A stretch of 64,000 nt of DNA from Octopus sinensis (Eukaryota). The notes under the pieces are model-generated. The model was given only the letters and a program-made list of their open reading frames with translations. It did not search any database and was not told the origin of the DNA. The stretch lies in contig NC_043004.1 of the NCBI RefSeq assembly GCF_006345805.1, positions 6,200,001 through 6,264,000 of the forward strand, written 5' to 3'. The position numbers and the translations under genes are program-made. How positions within the stretch are numbered: the first letter of the stretch is position 1; each line of letters begins with the position of its first letter. This document shows positions 25,290 to 38,528 of this stretch, piece after piece.

Positions 25290-25381
<92 letters not shown>
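25153..25381. repeat. Compound (TA)n/(TG)n microsatellite following an RTE tail (25040-25152)
   Basis: Direct reading. Confidence 0.95.
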
Positions 25382-27186
25382 AAGTAAGCTTTGTAGGAAG
25401 TGTTGAGATGTATTGAAATACAGATATAGAGATAATTTATTCTTAAGCACAGAATAATGCATGAATAGCTTGAATAGGATATTATCCTTATATTGCAGAA
25501 AAATGTGTTGGTGACCAGGGTAATCACAGAGATGTGAGTTCGAGTCTCATGGGTGACCGCTGACACATTTTCCCGCAATATATATATATCACCTAAAGAT
25601 ATGGAGATAATCTATTCACAAGTGCAGAATAATGCATGAACAGAATCTAGGAAGCCAGCCTTAGGAGCCTATGGCTTGGGAAGGACCTTTGATCCTTTTT
25701 TGTTATATTTAGAGTGGATTTCTATATTCTACTTCAACAGATATCTAGGATTACTTTCAGGAGGAATGGTAATATTCATGATCCTTCACAGGATCTGTGA
25801 GACTGGTGGAGAAGGAGGTGAAAGAAGAATGTATCCTCACATTTGGGAGCTGGCCTTAATACCTGCAATTGAGTGAACTTCCCTACTAGGGCATACCTTC
25901 AAGTTACAAGGTGGTGAATACAATTGAAGTGGAATAAAGACATTGGTCAGGGCGAGTGATAAGTAAGATCATGTGATATTGGAATAAATGATAATTCTCG
26001 AGAACATGTAACATACTAATGTCATTTGTTATATGTGGTTTTTATACCACCAACTCCAAACAAAAACAAAGCAAATTTAACCACACCCACAGCAAATATA
26101 TTTACTTGGCATTCTATCAATTTATCAGTAAGATAGTCTAATATTAATTGTACTTGTTTCAGTGTAATATATAATAATCGACTGAAAGAACATTAGTCAA
26201 TCAGTCAATAGGCACTTGCGTGTGTATACTAATTTACACTTGTAAACTTTTATCATTTGTTATTAATGATAGTTGTAGCCAGAAAAGGTTACAATCAACT
26301 GAAATATTTTTCAACAAAACATCCTCACTGAAGAAAATCAGCCATTCCAATAATGAGAGGCAGGGAGGGGAAGGTGAGTATAAAATTCTTAACTCTTTTG
26401 TGATGAGGTTCATTGCCCATGAATTTCAATTATCTTTTTAAATAATCAACAATTTGGAGAGATTTAGCAAAATAACTCATTTCTCTATTTTGAAGCTGCT
26501 GATGTGAAACAACAAAAAAATCATCATTATCTTTGTTGTCACTGTTTTAATATCTACTTTTCCATGCTGAAACAGGTTGGACTGAATTTGCTGAGGCAAA
26601 TTTTCTACAGCTGGAGGCTCTTCCTGTTGCCAACCCTCACCCATTTCCAAACAAGGTAATATTTCCCCATGACCAGATGTATTTTTCATGAAGATTGGAA
26701 AAGGACACTGCTTATCTTTCTTTTATAAAATTATAAGATATTTTGACTCAAAAATAAACATCTCCAAATGGTGTTTCCTATGACAGAACCAAGAGTGGTT
26801 TCAGGCATGTTGACATCAAAAAAAGGGATAATAATGGTTTTACAATGTTGTAACAGGCCAACTCTAATTGCAGTAGACTTATATATGACCAAGGGTATAT
26901 AATGTGTATATAAAGTCATGAGGTGTGAGAGGTGAAGATGGATTTATTTTTCCATATGATTTTGGCCATTTTGTAACCACTTAATGTAGAATTAATTACA
27001 GTATGCAAAAAATTACACATACCTGTTTGCATTAATATGTAAGCTCAGCATTATGCAATACAATTGTATATTCACAAATTAATGCAAATAATACACACAC
27101 ACAAAAACATATTCCATACATACAAAATATCTTCTCCAACCCCTAATTCTTTTATCAATCTCATCATGTCCACCTCAAGGCCCTGT

Positions 27187-27490
27187 CCTTGTGGTGAGGT
27201 GGCATGTTTGTCTCAACAACCCTGAAAGCTATGCCAGTGGAGTACAAGCTTCTGGTAGGGCCTCCCATGCTGGACAGGTCAAAGAATAGTAGCCACCCTA
27301 ATATGGACCAGCTCTTGCTAAAGAGGTTTGCATAGGGCTAACAACCCTAACTAGAAAAGAGTGAAGTTACAGAAGCATTGATGATGATTCAAAATCAATA
27401 AGACCTGGAAGGGGCAGCCCAGAGTTGAGGACAGTAGAGAAAAGTCATCAATGGCCTACGCTCCATAGACAGCAAAGGGCTTGAGTAAGT
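27187..27490 (+). mobile_element. Internally deleted RTE (5' UTR joined to 3' end), copy A
   Basis: ccctgaaagctatgcc..ggtagggcctcccatgctggacaggtcaaag..agggctaacaaccct followed by tggcctacgctcc..agtaagt. Homologous to 59520-59910. Confidence 0.65.
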
Positions 27491-27768
27491 TTTTCCATAC
27501 TCTATTGGGTTGGACAAGCCTACCTTATACTATCTGTTTCTATGTGATGCCCAACATTCTGAGATGACCTTCTGTCCACACCTAACTTTATTAAATAAAT
27601 TATAATGATGACAAAACAGATGATTGATTACGGAGTTAGATGCTTCACTGTGTTTTTATAAATATTACTAATGAATAATAATAAACTTTTAATTAACTTT
27701 CTAAGAAAATAGATAACACTGATACAATTGATCGAATTTCATTATTGAAACAGCATTGGGTTTTTTTT

Positions 27769-28178
27769 GGATCTTTTCGGTTTGAACAGCAGTTTTTTCT
27801 AGTGGTGTCATATGAAATTGTCACCCATAATTATGACCCTAGTATCGATCTATTGCATTTCAATCTGTTTTAGGGTTAGGGGTGGTGGGAAGGGTATCTT
27901 TTTTTCTTCACAAATGTAAATAAACCCAATCTGTTTCTTAAACGAGGGACATATTCATACAGCACAATGTTTTTTAACTCAATGGATGTCATTGACTGGT
28001 TGAAATTGCAGAAATTGAAGAAAAAAAAACAACAAATATCTTACAAACTATAGAATTTTCTCAATAAAGCCAAGAGAAAAAGATGTTTTATAAACACATT
28101 CTACCAGTATACGAAGTTTAAAATTTTTTAGTTACCTAGAAATTATGTTAAAAACTGCTGTTCAAACCGAAAAGATCC
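27769..28178. mobile_element. 410-bp MITE with perfect 29-bp TIRs inserted in a T-run
   Basis: ggatcttttcggtttgaacagcagttttt (27769-27797) and aaaaactgctgttcaaaccgaaaagatcc (28150-28178); T8 on the left and T9 on the right. Confidence 0.92.
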
Positions 28179-28704
28179 TTTTTTTTTAATAACTTTGATG
28201 AGCAGTATTGTCAACAGCAACAATAGTAAATAGTTTTTTTTATCACAGCAGTCAGTAGAACTATAGTGAACCATTTAGTCAAGTAAATAGGAAGACATAA
28301 GCAGAATGAAAGAGAAGTCATTGTTGTTTAGTCCCAGGTCAGCTTGGATCAAGTAGATCTAAAGCGAAAAACATTCTGATAACTATTTTCCCTTTCCTTC
28401 CCTTTTTTTTCTTTTTTCTTTCTTTTTTATATTTTCAGGTAGCGTGTAACCTGTGTAAAAAAAATAGGTGAATTGAGGGAATCTGGCTGCTGTTTCTAGC
28501 AATTCAAGTAATGACTTTAAAAGCTCCTTTGTTTGATATAACTTTGATACAGTGGTAGAGAGTACACAAAACAGAAAACCAACTAAAATGAACAAGGTTT
28601 AAGGATAGAAGAAACAATAAAAGATTCAGATCATTCCATAAGATAATACAGATTGAAATGTGTTGCAGACCTATCAAACCCACGTCTACAATGGAAATCT
28701 ATTT

Positions 28705-29411
28705 TGTTATCTTTAACTTAGTCATTTGAGTGCAGCCATGTTGGGGCACTATCTTAAAGGGTTTCAGTTAAACAAATCAAGCCCAGCACTTATTTTTAAA
28801 GTCTGGTACTTTTTCTTTCAGTTTCTTTTGCTGGACTACTAAGTCATGGGGATGTTTAAAAAACACCAGTTGTCAAGTGGTGGTGGTGGGGATAAATACA
28901 AAGACATACACATGATGGGCTTCCACACAGTTTCATCATCATTATCGTTTAACATCCATTTTCGATGCTGGCATGGGTTGGATGGTTTGACTGAGGACTG
29001 GCAAGCCAGGAAGCTGCACCAGGCTCCAATCTGATCTGGCCAACCACTATGAGAGTGTAGCAGGTGCTTTTTACGTGCCACTGGCACGGGAGCCAGTCAC
29101 GTGGCACTGGCATTGACCACATTTGGACGGTGTTTTTTACATGCCACTAGCACAGGAGCCAGTCAGGGGTCACTGGCATTGACTACATTTTGATGGTTCT
29201 TTTTATGTGCCACCAGCATGGGGAGCTAATCAAGCGACACTGACATCGACTCCCACTTTAATGGTGCTTATTACGTCTAAAAAATTCACTCACAAGGGAT
29301 TGGTTAGCCTGGTGCTATAGTAAAAGACACTTACCCAAGTTTCCATACAGTGGAACTAAATTCAAAAACCATGTAGTTGCAAAGAGAGCTTCTTAAGCAC
29401 ACAGCTGTGCC
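28705..29411 (-). mobile_element. tRNA-head SINE with nested RTE tail (28934-29273)
   Basis: The SINE motif cacagttt-ccgtcta is split by a (CAT)n-starting RTE 3' UTR with four tandem units. Confidence 0.8.
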
Positions 29412-31078
29412 TAATAAGCAGACATTCACTCAACATTTTATGATGATAATGAAGAAGAAGGAGGAAATGGCGGAGGAGAAACAACTGCAGACATGGTTGT
29501 TATGTACACAATACTTCTTACATAGCAACAATATTCATGTCGTCAATTGTAAACACATGGAACTAACACAATTAAAATCCCACTGGACATCATCAATAAA
29601 AGAAAATCTGGTGATGATAGAATGAAAAGAGTAAAAGATGTCTGATAGGTGGCTGTAAATGAATGCTGTGAGTACATAGGAATAGAGATGGAATCATCAT
29701 CATCGAATTTAATGTGTTTTCATTATTGGCATAGATTGAATAATTTGATAGGAGCTGGTGCACCAGAAGACTTCATCAAGCTCCAATGACTTCACTGGTA
29801 TGGTTTCTACTGTTGGATGCTCTTCCTAACACCGGCCACTCTACAGTTGAGTGTTGGGGTCTTTCTGTGGCACGAACACCAGTGAGGTCACCGAGTAACT
29901 CACAAGACAAGACATCCTCAACTGACAATGGAGTAGTATTGAGGGAGGCGGTTTTATGCCAGGTAATAAGAAGTATGATATAGGTACAGGAACAAGTGTC
30001 TTGCTGTAGGGGAGATACATGGTTACTCTATTGACAGAGGTGCAGGAACAGGCATCTTGGTGTAAGAGGGAACCTACAAAATCTGAATAACAGAATGTAT
30101 ACGCTTTGGGTGATAAACTAAATCCATCATACAGTTTGACACTACCATGTGACCTAAGAGTACCTTTAGCAGAGCCTACTGTGTTACAAGTATTCGAAAC
30201 AGGTTTAAAGTCTGCAACAATCTGTGAGTTATAGTTTGTTTGTTTGTTTGTTTCTTTTTTCCTTCCTTCCTACCAGTCTCAGAAATTCTTGTCACTGGAC
30301 TATGGCTATGCTGGGGCACCGCCTTGAAGGGTTATAGTTGAACTAATTAACCCCAGAACTTACTCTTTAAGTCTAGTATTTATTCCATCAGTCTCTTTTG
30401 CTGAACTACTAAGTTATGGTGATGCAAACAAACCAGTACTAGTTGTCAAGCAGTAGGCGGGGACAAACACAAACACATACAACAGGCTTCCACACAGTTT
30501 CCAATCTATCAAATTCACTCACAAGGCATTGGTCAACCTAGAGCTATAATAGAAAACATTTTTTCGAGGTAGTGTGCAGTGAAACTGAACCCAAAACGAG
30601 CTTCTTGATAACACAGCCAAACCTGTAAGAATGTTATGAGGTCTTTGTTGTGCAGTAAATAATTAAGTGAAAACAACAATGACTGAATTGTAACATGGGA
30701 CACAGAAACAGCTAAGGAGAGAGAGAGAGAAAACATTCTAAATACAGGGGATATTAATCCTTTTGAGGGTGACATTATAAAAGATTTGTACAAAACAATA
30801 GATTAATCTCATTGCTGGTGACATAAATACAAAGGATTTGTTGAATTATACAATAAAATATTTATGTGAATGAAATTGAAATATTTTACAGAGTGTATAA
30901 AAATGTCAGCATATTTTTGTCAACTTTCTAACTAAAATCTAAACTCACTTTATTACAAATGTAGCCAGAAAAATTTCCTCTAATACAACTGTCAGGATTA
31001 TTTTAATTTTTTGAAACAACCTAATTTAGAACTAGCAAAAAGATTAATAAAGAAGCAAGATAAAGCCCTAAATATTAC

Positions 31079-31121
31079 CTGCAAGATCATCCAATGAATT
31101 TATACTGTATAAACCATCCAT
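31079..31121 (-). CDS. TRAK: Candidate alternative first coding exon of TRAK (MDGLYSINSLDDLA + V)
   Basis: ATG at 31121, 14 codons plus G, then donor GCAG|gtaata in phase 1. Splicing to 11382 gives [23 protein letters not shown]. Confidence 0.4.
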
Positions 31122-32543
31122 CACCACTTTTACAACATGGTGTTTGAATCCAATGAAACGAAATCTTTTGAAGAATGTATGTATGTGTATATTTGAGTGT
31201 ATATATATATACATATATAAGTGTTTTTGTTACGAAATCAAATTCTTTCCCAAAAGTAAAGAATCAATATGCATATTATTATTATTATTATTATTATTAC
31301 AACTAGCCTCCATTGTAATATGTAATGCTCTTAGCATTTCCATATAAATATTCTTTTGCATGTACATAGCCATCTTCTGAGTTAAAGATGATTTGCATTC
31401 ATCTGAAAGTGAATCACAGTTATTTCCCATGTGCTCAACCATCTGATTTGGCTGGATAACTTTCCATTAAGAAATAATAACAACAGAATGTGTCAGTATA
31501 CACCTAAAGGTACAGTTACTGTATACCTGAGAGGTAGTCCAAAGCTGATTAAGAAAACTACCATGTGTAGTTGAAACGAAACGACCCAGAGTAAACTTTC
31601 TTTTCTGGTAGGCAGTGCAGTGGTGAAAACAAACCACATGTCGAAATAATAGTTATCCATTATGAGTGACGCTGTCTTGAATTGGGAAATACTGCACAGC
31701 CACTAAAAGCTATATCTTGCATAACTTTTCACTTTTAATCCAGGTAAAAAAAAAACCCAGTGAATTTAAAGAAACACTCACATGGTTGAGAAGACTGTTA
31801 GGATTGAAAGTCAGCCAGCTTGTAGAAGAATTCAACTAGAATTCATGCTTTGACTAGCACTTACTAACAAATTAGCTTGGCTACATTAGTTTGGAGATAT
31901 GGCACCATGCTAAGTTAGTGCTTCTTCAACAGGTAAAGGGAGAAAAATGACAGGTGTGTAATGACAAGAGCAATTGAAAAAAAAACAAAACAAAACAAAG
32001 AGAGATGTTAATAAAAGACAAGTAAGTGGTGATTGAGTCTAGAGTAGTTCTTTAGTAGCAGTAATAATTGTGGGGAAGATAATGATTGTTAGAGTAGTAG
32101 TGAAGGCAGTAGATTGTCTGGAAGTGTTGGTAAGAGGAGAAACAAAGAGAGAGAGGTGATATTGCTAAGAGCAAAAGAGAGAAAGAAAGAAAAGAAGAAG
32201 AATTAGTGTGTCCATGGCTGGTTGCTAATTTCTTGTTAGTAAGGCAAAAAGAAACAGAAATAAAAATAAATAAAAATGCAGGACTGTTGAATCACTCCAG
32301 GGTTAACGACAGGCTTTCATGTCATTCAGACCAATTCAAAGTAAATGAAGAAAGTAAGAAAGAATATTTCAGATATTTCTTTAAGCTGGATCAACTGACT
32401 GACACTCACTTAAAACCATCATTATGTGGAAAATAAAACAAACAGAAAATAAATAAATAGATAAATAATGAAATAAAGTAGAATGTTACCTTCATTAAAA
32501 AAAAAATTATTAATTTTTTTTTTTCAAGAAAGTTGTCATATTA

Positions 32544-32934
32544 GGTGCAGGTGTGACTATGTGGTAAGAAGTCTGCTTTCTAGCCACATGGTTCCAGGTT
32601 CAGTCCCATTGCGAAGTACCTTAGGCAAGTGTCTTCTACCATAGCCTCGCAAGTGGATTTAGCAGACAGAAACTAAAAGAAGCCTGTCGAGTATATGCAC
32701 GTGCATGCATGCGTGTGTTGGTTGGTTTGTTTGTCCCTACCACTGTCTAACAACCGGTGTTAGTATGTTTATGTCCTGATAACTTAGTAGTTCAGCTCAA
32801 GAGACTGACAGAATAAATAACAAGCTTAAAAAATAAGTACTGGAGGGGAGGAATTCGTTTGACTAAAATTCTTCAAGGCGGTGCCCCAGCATGGCCACAG
32901 TCTAACAACTGGAAGAAGTAAAAGATAAAAGATA
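32544..32934 (+). mobile_element. Full-length tRNA-head SINE
   Basis: Colinear with 62385-62761. Confidence 0.85.
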
Positions 32935-33094
32935 TTCACAGAAGATATAGGTTCATGTCTCACCTGCAGCCTTCAACTTTACCTATCCGCAGGGGATTTT
33001 TTTAAAGCCAATATTTACATTGTATTATTTATAATTTCATCTACTTTGAGTTCTACCACTGAAAACAGATTATTTCTGAAATATAATATTTGGT

Positions 33095-33475
33095 CTTTTC
33101 TTTTACTTGTTTCACTCATTAGACTGTGGCTATGCTGGGGCAATGCCTTGAAGGATTTTGTAGTCAAATGAATCGACCTCAGTATTTTTTTTTAAAGCCT
33201 GGTACTTCCATCAAAGTCCTTTGCCAAATCCCTAATTAATGGGGATGTAAACACATCAACACCAGTTGTCAAGCACTGGGGGTGGGGGAACATAAAGACA
33301 CACACAAACACACTCTAAGCTTCTTTCAGTTTCTATTCACCAAATCTACTTGTAAGGCTTTGGTCAGCCTGGGGTTATAATAGGAGACACTTGCCCTAGG
33401 TATCATGCAGTGGGACTGAACCCAGAATCATGTGGTCAGGAAGCAAGCTTCTTACCACACAGTCATGCCGGCACC
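33095..33475 (-). mobile_element. Full-length tRNA-head SINE, inverted relative to 32544-32934
   Basis: The reverse complement reads ggtgccggcatgactgtgtggtaagaagc...ccccagcatagccacagtctaatgagtgaaacaagtaaaag. Confidence 0.85.
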
Positions 33476-34288
33476 TCTGAAAATTCAGTATATATTTCCA
33501 GAAAGTACATGAGGCTGTAATTCTTTAAATTTGCAACTATGTGAGTACTAGAAATAGAATGGACAAATGGAAAACCATATGATTCCAAATTCAACTTCCA
33601 CTTTCAAACAAAATATTTTAGAATCAGAGAGAATTGGTATAGTGAACCAACAAAATAGAAATCAAAGCAAGGAATGTAAAAACAAGCATTTTAAACAATA
33701 GTGCTAATTCAGTAGTTTATACAAGTTTCTGTGATGCGAAACTACAAAAGAAGAAGAATGTAGCCCATTGCTAGGTTACAAAATATATAGTTTAACAGTA
33801 CAATAAAAGAAAGAAAATGGAAAGACTTATTCAAAACAAACATAAAAAATAATCATTAATTTATGAAAAAAATTTGAAAATGGAAAGAAAGTTTTCAGTA
33901 GTTTGCTTATTCTAAACATTTCCCAGACATATTCATGAAGATTTTATCAAATACAACATTTTGAAATTGAAAGGTTTTCGTGAAGAATGTTCTGGTATTT
34001 CTTTAAGAATTTTTTTATAACTTAATTTCTTTAAAAGTATTAAAGCCAAATTTTTATTTATTTATTTTTTACCTTTTACTTGTCTTAGTAATTGGACTGC
34101 AGCCATGCTGGAGCGACGCCACGAAGGATTTTAGTCAAACAAATCTACACCAGTATCTATGTTTTCAGTCTGGTACTTATTCTATCGGTCTCTTTTGCTG
34201 AATTACTAAGTTATAGTGCCACATATAAACTGATACTGATTGTTAAGCAGTGGTGGTGGGAGACACACACACCTACATACACACACAC

Positions 34289-34585
34289 AAGCACCATCCG
34301 GATGTGGCCGATGCCAGCGCCACCTTGACTGGTGTCCGTGTCGGTGGTACATAAAAAGCACCAACCATTCGTGGCCGTTGCCAGCCTCCTCTGGCCCCTG
34401 TGCCAGTGGCATGTAAAAAGCACCCACTACACTCACAGAGTGGTTGGCGTTAGGAAGGGCATCCAGCTGTAGAAACACTGCTAGATCAGACTGGAGCCTG
34501 GTGCAGCCTCCTGGCTTCCCAGACCCCAGTCGAACCATCCAACCCATGCTAGCATGGAAAGCGGACGTTAAACAATGATGATGAT
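34289..34585 (+). mobile_element. RTE 3' UTR abutting the (CA)n of a minus-strand SINE half (about 34060-34288)
   Basis: taaaaagcacc units, ggaagggcatccagctgtagaaac, ccatgctagcatggaaagcggacgttaaac(aat)(gat)n. Confidence 0.85.
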
Positions 34586-36949
34586 ATATCAAAAGGAAGT
34601 GTTATAATACTGTTCCACATATACAAAAACAGCCATACCAACAATCCAAAATACCTCCATCATCAGCCACTCCACAGATATCATTATGGTCTCGACACCT
34701 GGGCAGTACCATTCAGGGCTTCCACAGATTCCATCTGCCAAATTTATTCACAGGTTGGCCAGAGGCTATTGTAGAAGTCACTTACCCAAGATGCTGTGCA
34801 GTGGGACTGAACCCAAAACCACAAAGTTGCAAAGTGAGCTTCTTAACCACACAGCCATGCTTGCACCTATGAAACTAAGGGCTTTGTTTACAGCACTTAG
34901 CTTTCCCAAGCAGTCACTCCATCTAAATACTAACTAGGTTTGACATTAGTTGACTTTGATGATCAGACAAGAACTGGCATTTTCGATGGGAAGAAAATCT
35001 TCAGAGTATGTCATTATATTACTTTAAAAAAAAATTTATAACATAATTTCTTTAAAAAAAGAAGAAAAATAAACACATTAGAACTAGATTTTTTCCTAGA
35101 ATTGTATTTTTAAATGCATTTTGCACAATAAATAACAAGAAAATACTTCAATAAAAATTACCAAAACAGATCTGCACTTCATTTTAGCCATCACAACTAA
35201 GACCCAATCTGGCACTTTTACCTTTATGTAAGCTGGCACTTTTACCCTAATGAAATAGAATGTATGAGTTTCCAAGTTTTGGAGTTTGGAAGAGCTGTGG
35301 AATGAAACACTTCATTAAAATGATTTTGTTTCTATGACATAATGTAATATAACAAGAATCATTTTTTCTTTCTATGCTTAGCTTTGAAGTAAATTATTAA
35401 CCCCTTCTGGACCAAATGACAAAAAAAAAAATTTAAATTAAAGAATTTGAAGTGATTTAGTAACATGATTAATTTTTGACACTTCTGTCAGGATTTGTCA
35501 GTGACAGTTACTAAACCAACGAAACTTATTCCCCTTAGTTTAGTTAGAAGAACATCTGTTGTGATGATTCATAATACTATGATGAAAAGTTTAATGTAAT
35601 TATGGACACGTTCAGTTAAAGGGCTTTCTCTCTCATAGAATCGAAATGGAATGGGACTGATACCAAAAAACTTATGTTAGACAATAAGACATGAAAGGGG
35701 AGATTAGTAAATAAATGATCGTCTGGACCAAGGGATGTTCCCAATCTCTCTCTCTCTCTTCTACCAAAAGCTAAAATAGACTTTTAGTTAACTGAAGTAG
35801 ACAAGACATGGTCACACCAACGTGAATAAGCCAGCAAAGGCTACAGAGAAAGTGACTGAATTTAGCAATGATAAACTTTACAAGTTATACTCAGTACAAC
35901 TCTTTCATAATTATTATTTTCAGCACTGAACTGTAACTGAATAGTTGGCTGGATGATCATTTCAGTAGAGGAGCAACCTTTATAAACCAGCAACAACTTC
36001 AGTTATGGTAAAAATAAATAAATAAAAAAAGAAAATAATTACCTTTAAGAAGGCAGGAAATTAATAGGAGGAATGTTTATTGAGGATAAGTTAGTAATAG
36101 AGTAAATGTATGTATGTGTACGTTTGTATGTTGGTATATACGTGCATGTTTGTGTGTGCTTGCACATACAGATATTACATACACACTGATTGCATTAAAA
36201 ACTTCAGTTGAGGAAGAGATTCTGATGACGAAAAGGAGAAAACTGGAATGAAATATGACCAAATAACATTGAGAGAGGATAGCAGAACTGAACAAAAAGG
36301 CATGATAAAAAAGATACACAGATAATCACCCTCATCACTTCATTTTAACACCCATTTTTCCAGGCTTGCATAAATCAGATGGAGTTTATTGAGGTAGATT
36401 TTCAACGGCTAGATGCCCTTCATATTGCAAACCTTTACCCATTTCCAAGCAAAGTAATATTTCTCCATGGCCAGACATGTTTTTATGGAAGATTGAAAAT
36501 GAAGAACATTCATTCACAACAATCACACAATGTCAACACAAGGAGAGAGACGTGTGTGCACACAACAGGCTTTTTCTCATTTTCTTTCTACAAGATCCCT
36601 TCATGAGGCTTTAAATGGCCCAGGGCTATAGTAAAAAAACACTCCTCAAGGTATTGCACAGTGGGACTGAACCTGAAACCATGTGGTTGGGAAGCAAATT
36701 TCTCAACTATACAGTCACAATTAATTTAATATGTGATAGTACAGATTTGTTAGATGGAAAAATAAAACTTAAACTGTATTTTCATTAAAAAAAAAACATC
36801 TTTTAGGGATTAAAACGGTTCATCAAGAAAAAAAAAAGAAAAAAATTTTGGCAAAGGAAGACAACTGATTTGTCAATATTTAAGATTGAAAAGAAAATTT
36901 TTAAAAAATAAAGACCTGTATATTTTCGCAGATATAATGGTAAATCCAT

Positions 36950-37800
36950 ATTGTCTATTCATAACAAGATTTGTTGTAAATAAGTGAAAATATAAGATTT
37001 AGCAGAACATCAGAAACAAGGCAGGAGTATGAAGTATAATGGTTCAATACTAGTTGTTGGCTGAAACATCATGACACGGATCATATGAAAGGTAATTGGT
37101 GAAGAAACCATAGAGATAGGTGACGTAGATACAAAGAAACATTTATGCTTAAATCCAACTTATGATTTTCTGACTCCCAGAGAAGGCCATCCTCTTTCAG
37201 AAGTTCTTCAATGTATACCAATAAAAAGCAACACCAAATATTGGATTTTTAACAAATCCATCATTCATGAAATTAAAAAAGTGGATTCATTCTTTCAACT
37301 GTGACAAAATAAGTGGGACTGATGAAAATATGAGAGATGGAAACAAACTTTGATATGGTACTGGACAACAGGAGGATGGTTCAAACTGTTTTGATTTCTG
37401 ACCATGTAGTAATACTACTGTGTGTAGTAATCGTTTTAAAAAGATTCAGTAAGTTGTTGCTATTGTTATTACAGTACCATAAAAGTTTTAAAAACTAAAA
37501 TACAGAACTGTATGTCCATGATAAAGATGAGAGAGACAGAGTCACAACTAGATCACTACGTGAACAATTGATTGTTGCTAATAGCAATATCATAACTTTG
37601 AATGCAGCCACTGGACAAAGCTATTAGAGATCAATATCAAATCAATACATAGATTGAAAAATAGATCTATGTCATTTAAATTTGTTATCACAAAACATGA
37701 ATGGGACATGGATTGAAAAACTTGCTATAATGCAGAGTGAAGACAATATTAAGAAGTGAACAGAAAAAGAAAATTTGGTAAAATCAGCAAATGATTAATA
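36950..37800 (+). mobile_element. Possible highly decayed reverse-transcriptase (LINE) remnant
   Basis: Only faint RT-like peptide fragments by eye; no intact motif. Confidence 0.25.
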
Positions 37801-38450
37801 AAAGTTTACCTTAGAAATTGATTTCTTCCCTATTTCCCCAGTTTTGAAAGCAATAATATTTTATCTTCATCTTGAAACAACAAAAACACATAACAGTTTT
37901 GTTTCCACGGCAACTCTTCATTAAAATGTTTTTGTTTCTATGACATGATGTAATATAACAAGAATCATTTTTCTTTCTATGCTTAGCTTTGAAGTAAATT
38001 ATTATCAACTAATTACTATGCAACATAACTAATTACTGAGTAATATATAAATTCCTGTTTCAACACACTGTTTCACACCAGGAATCTTGCAAAATGAATT
38101 GATAAATATATAAATTAATGTTTTAATTTCATTTCTTAAAATTCTTTGCTCAGTTGCTACCAACTTGTCACACATTCAAACATACTACAAAATGAACAAT
38201 CTGCAAAGCTGGACAGTAGCTTAAGAGTGAATACAAGAATCCCAATCAGAGATTAACCTCCAAACATTATCAGATTATCGTTGATAAATAGACTTGCATG
38301 TCCCACACCCCACCCTTCTGCTATTCTCGGAAGTGAGATAATCTTTTAACATTTGGCTGTGACCTGTACTCAAAAATCATGACACTAAAAACAAACACAA
38401 GAGGAATATGCTGAAAGTTATAGTACATAAGCTACACGTGTGTGTGTGTG

Positions 38451-38528
<78 letters not shown>

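Noticed and set aside
27023-27032. ATG CAA ACA G|gtatgt, a phase-1 mini first exon (MQT-VLCAQ)
   Set aside because: The donor is strong, but 10 coding nt with no promoter evidence is expected by chance in a 28-kb intron.
27870-27881. TTAGGG x2 as an interstitial telomere
   Set aside because: Only two units, internal to a MITE.
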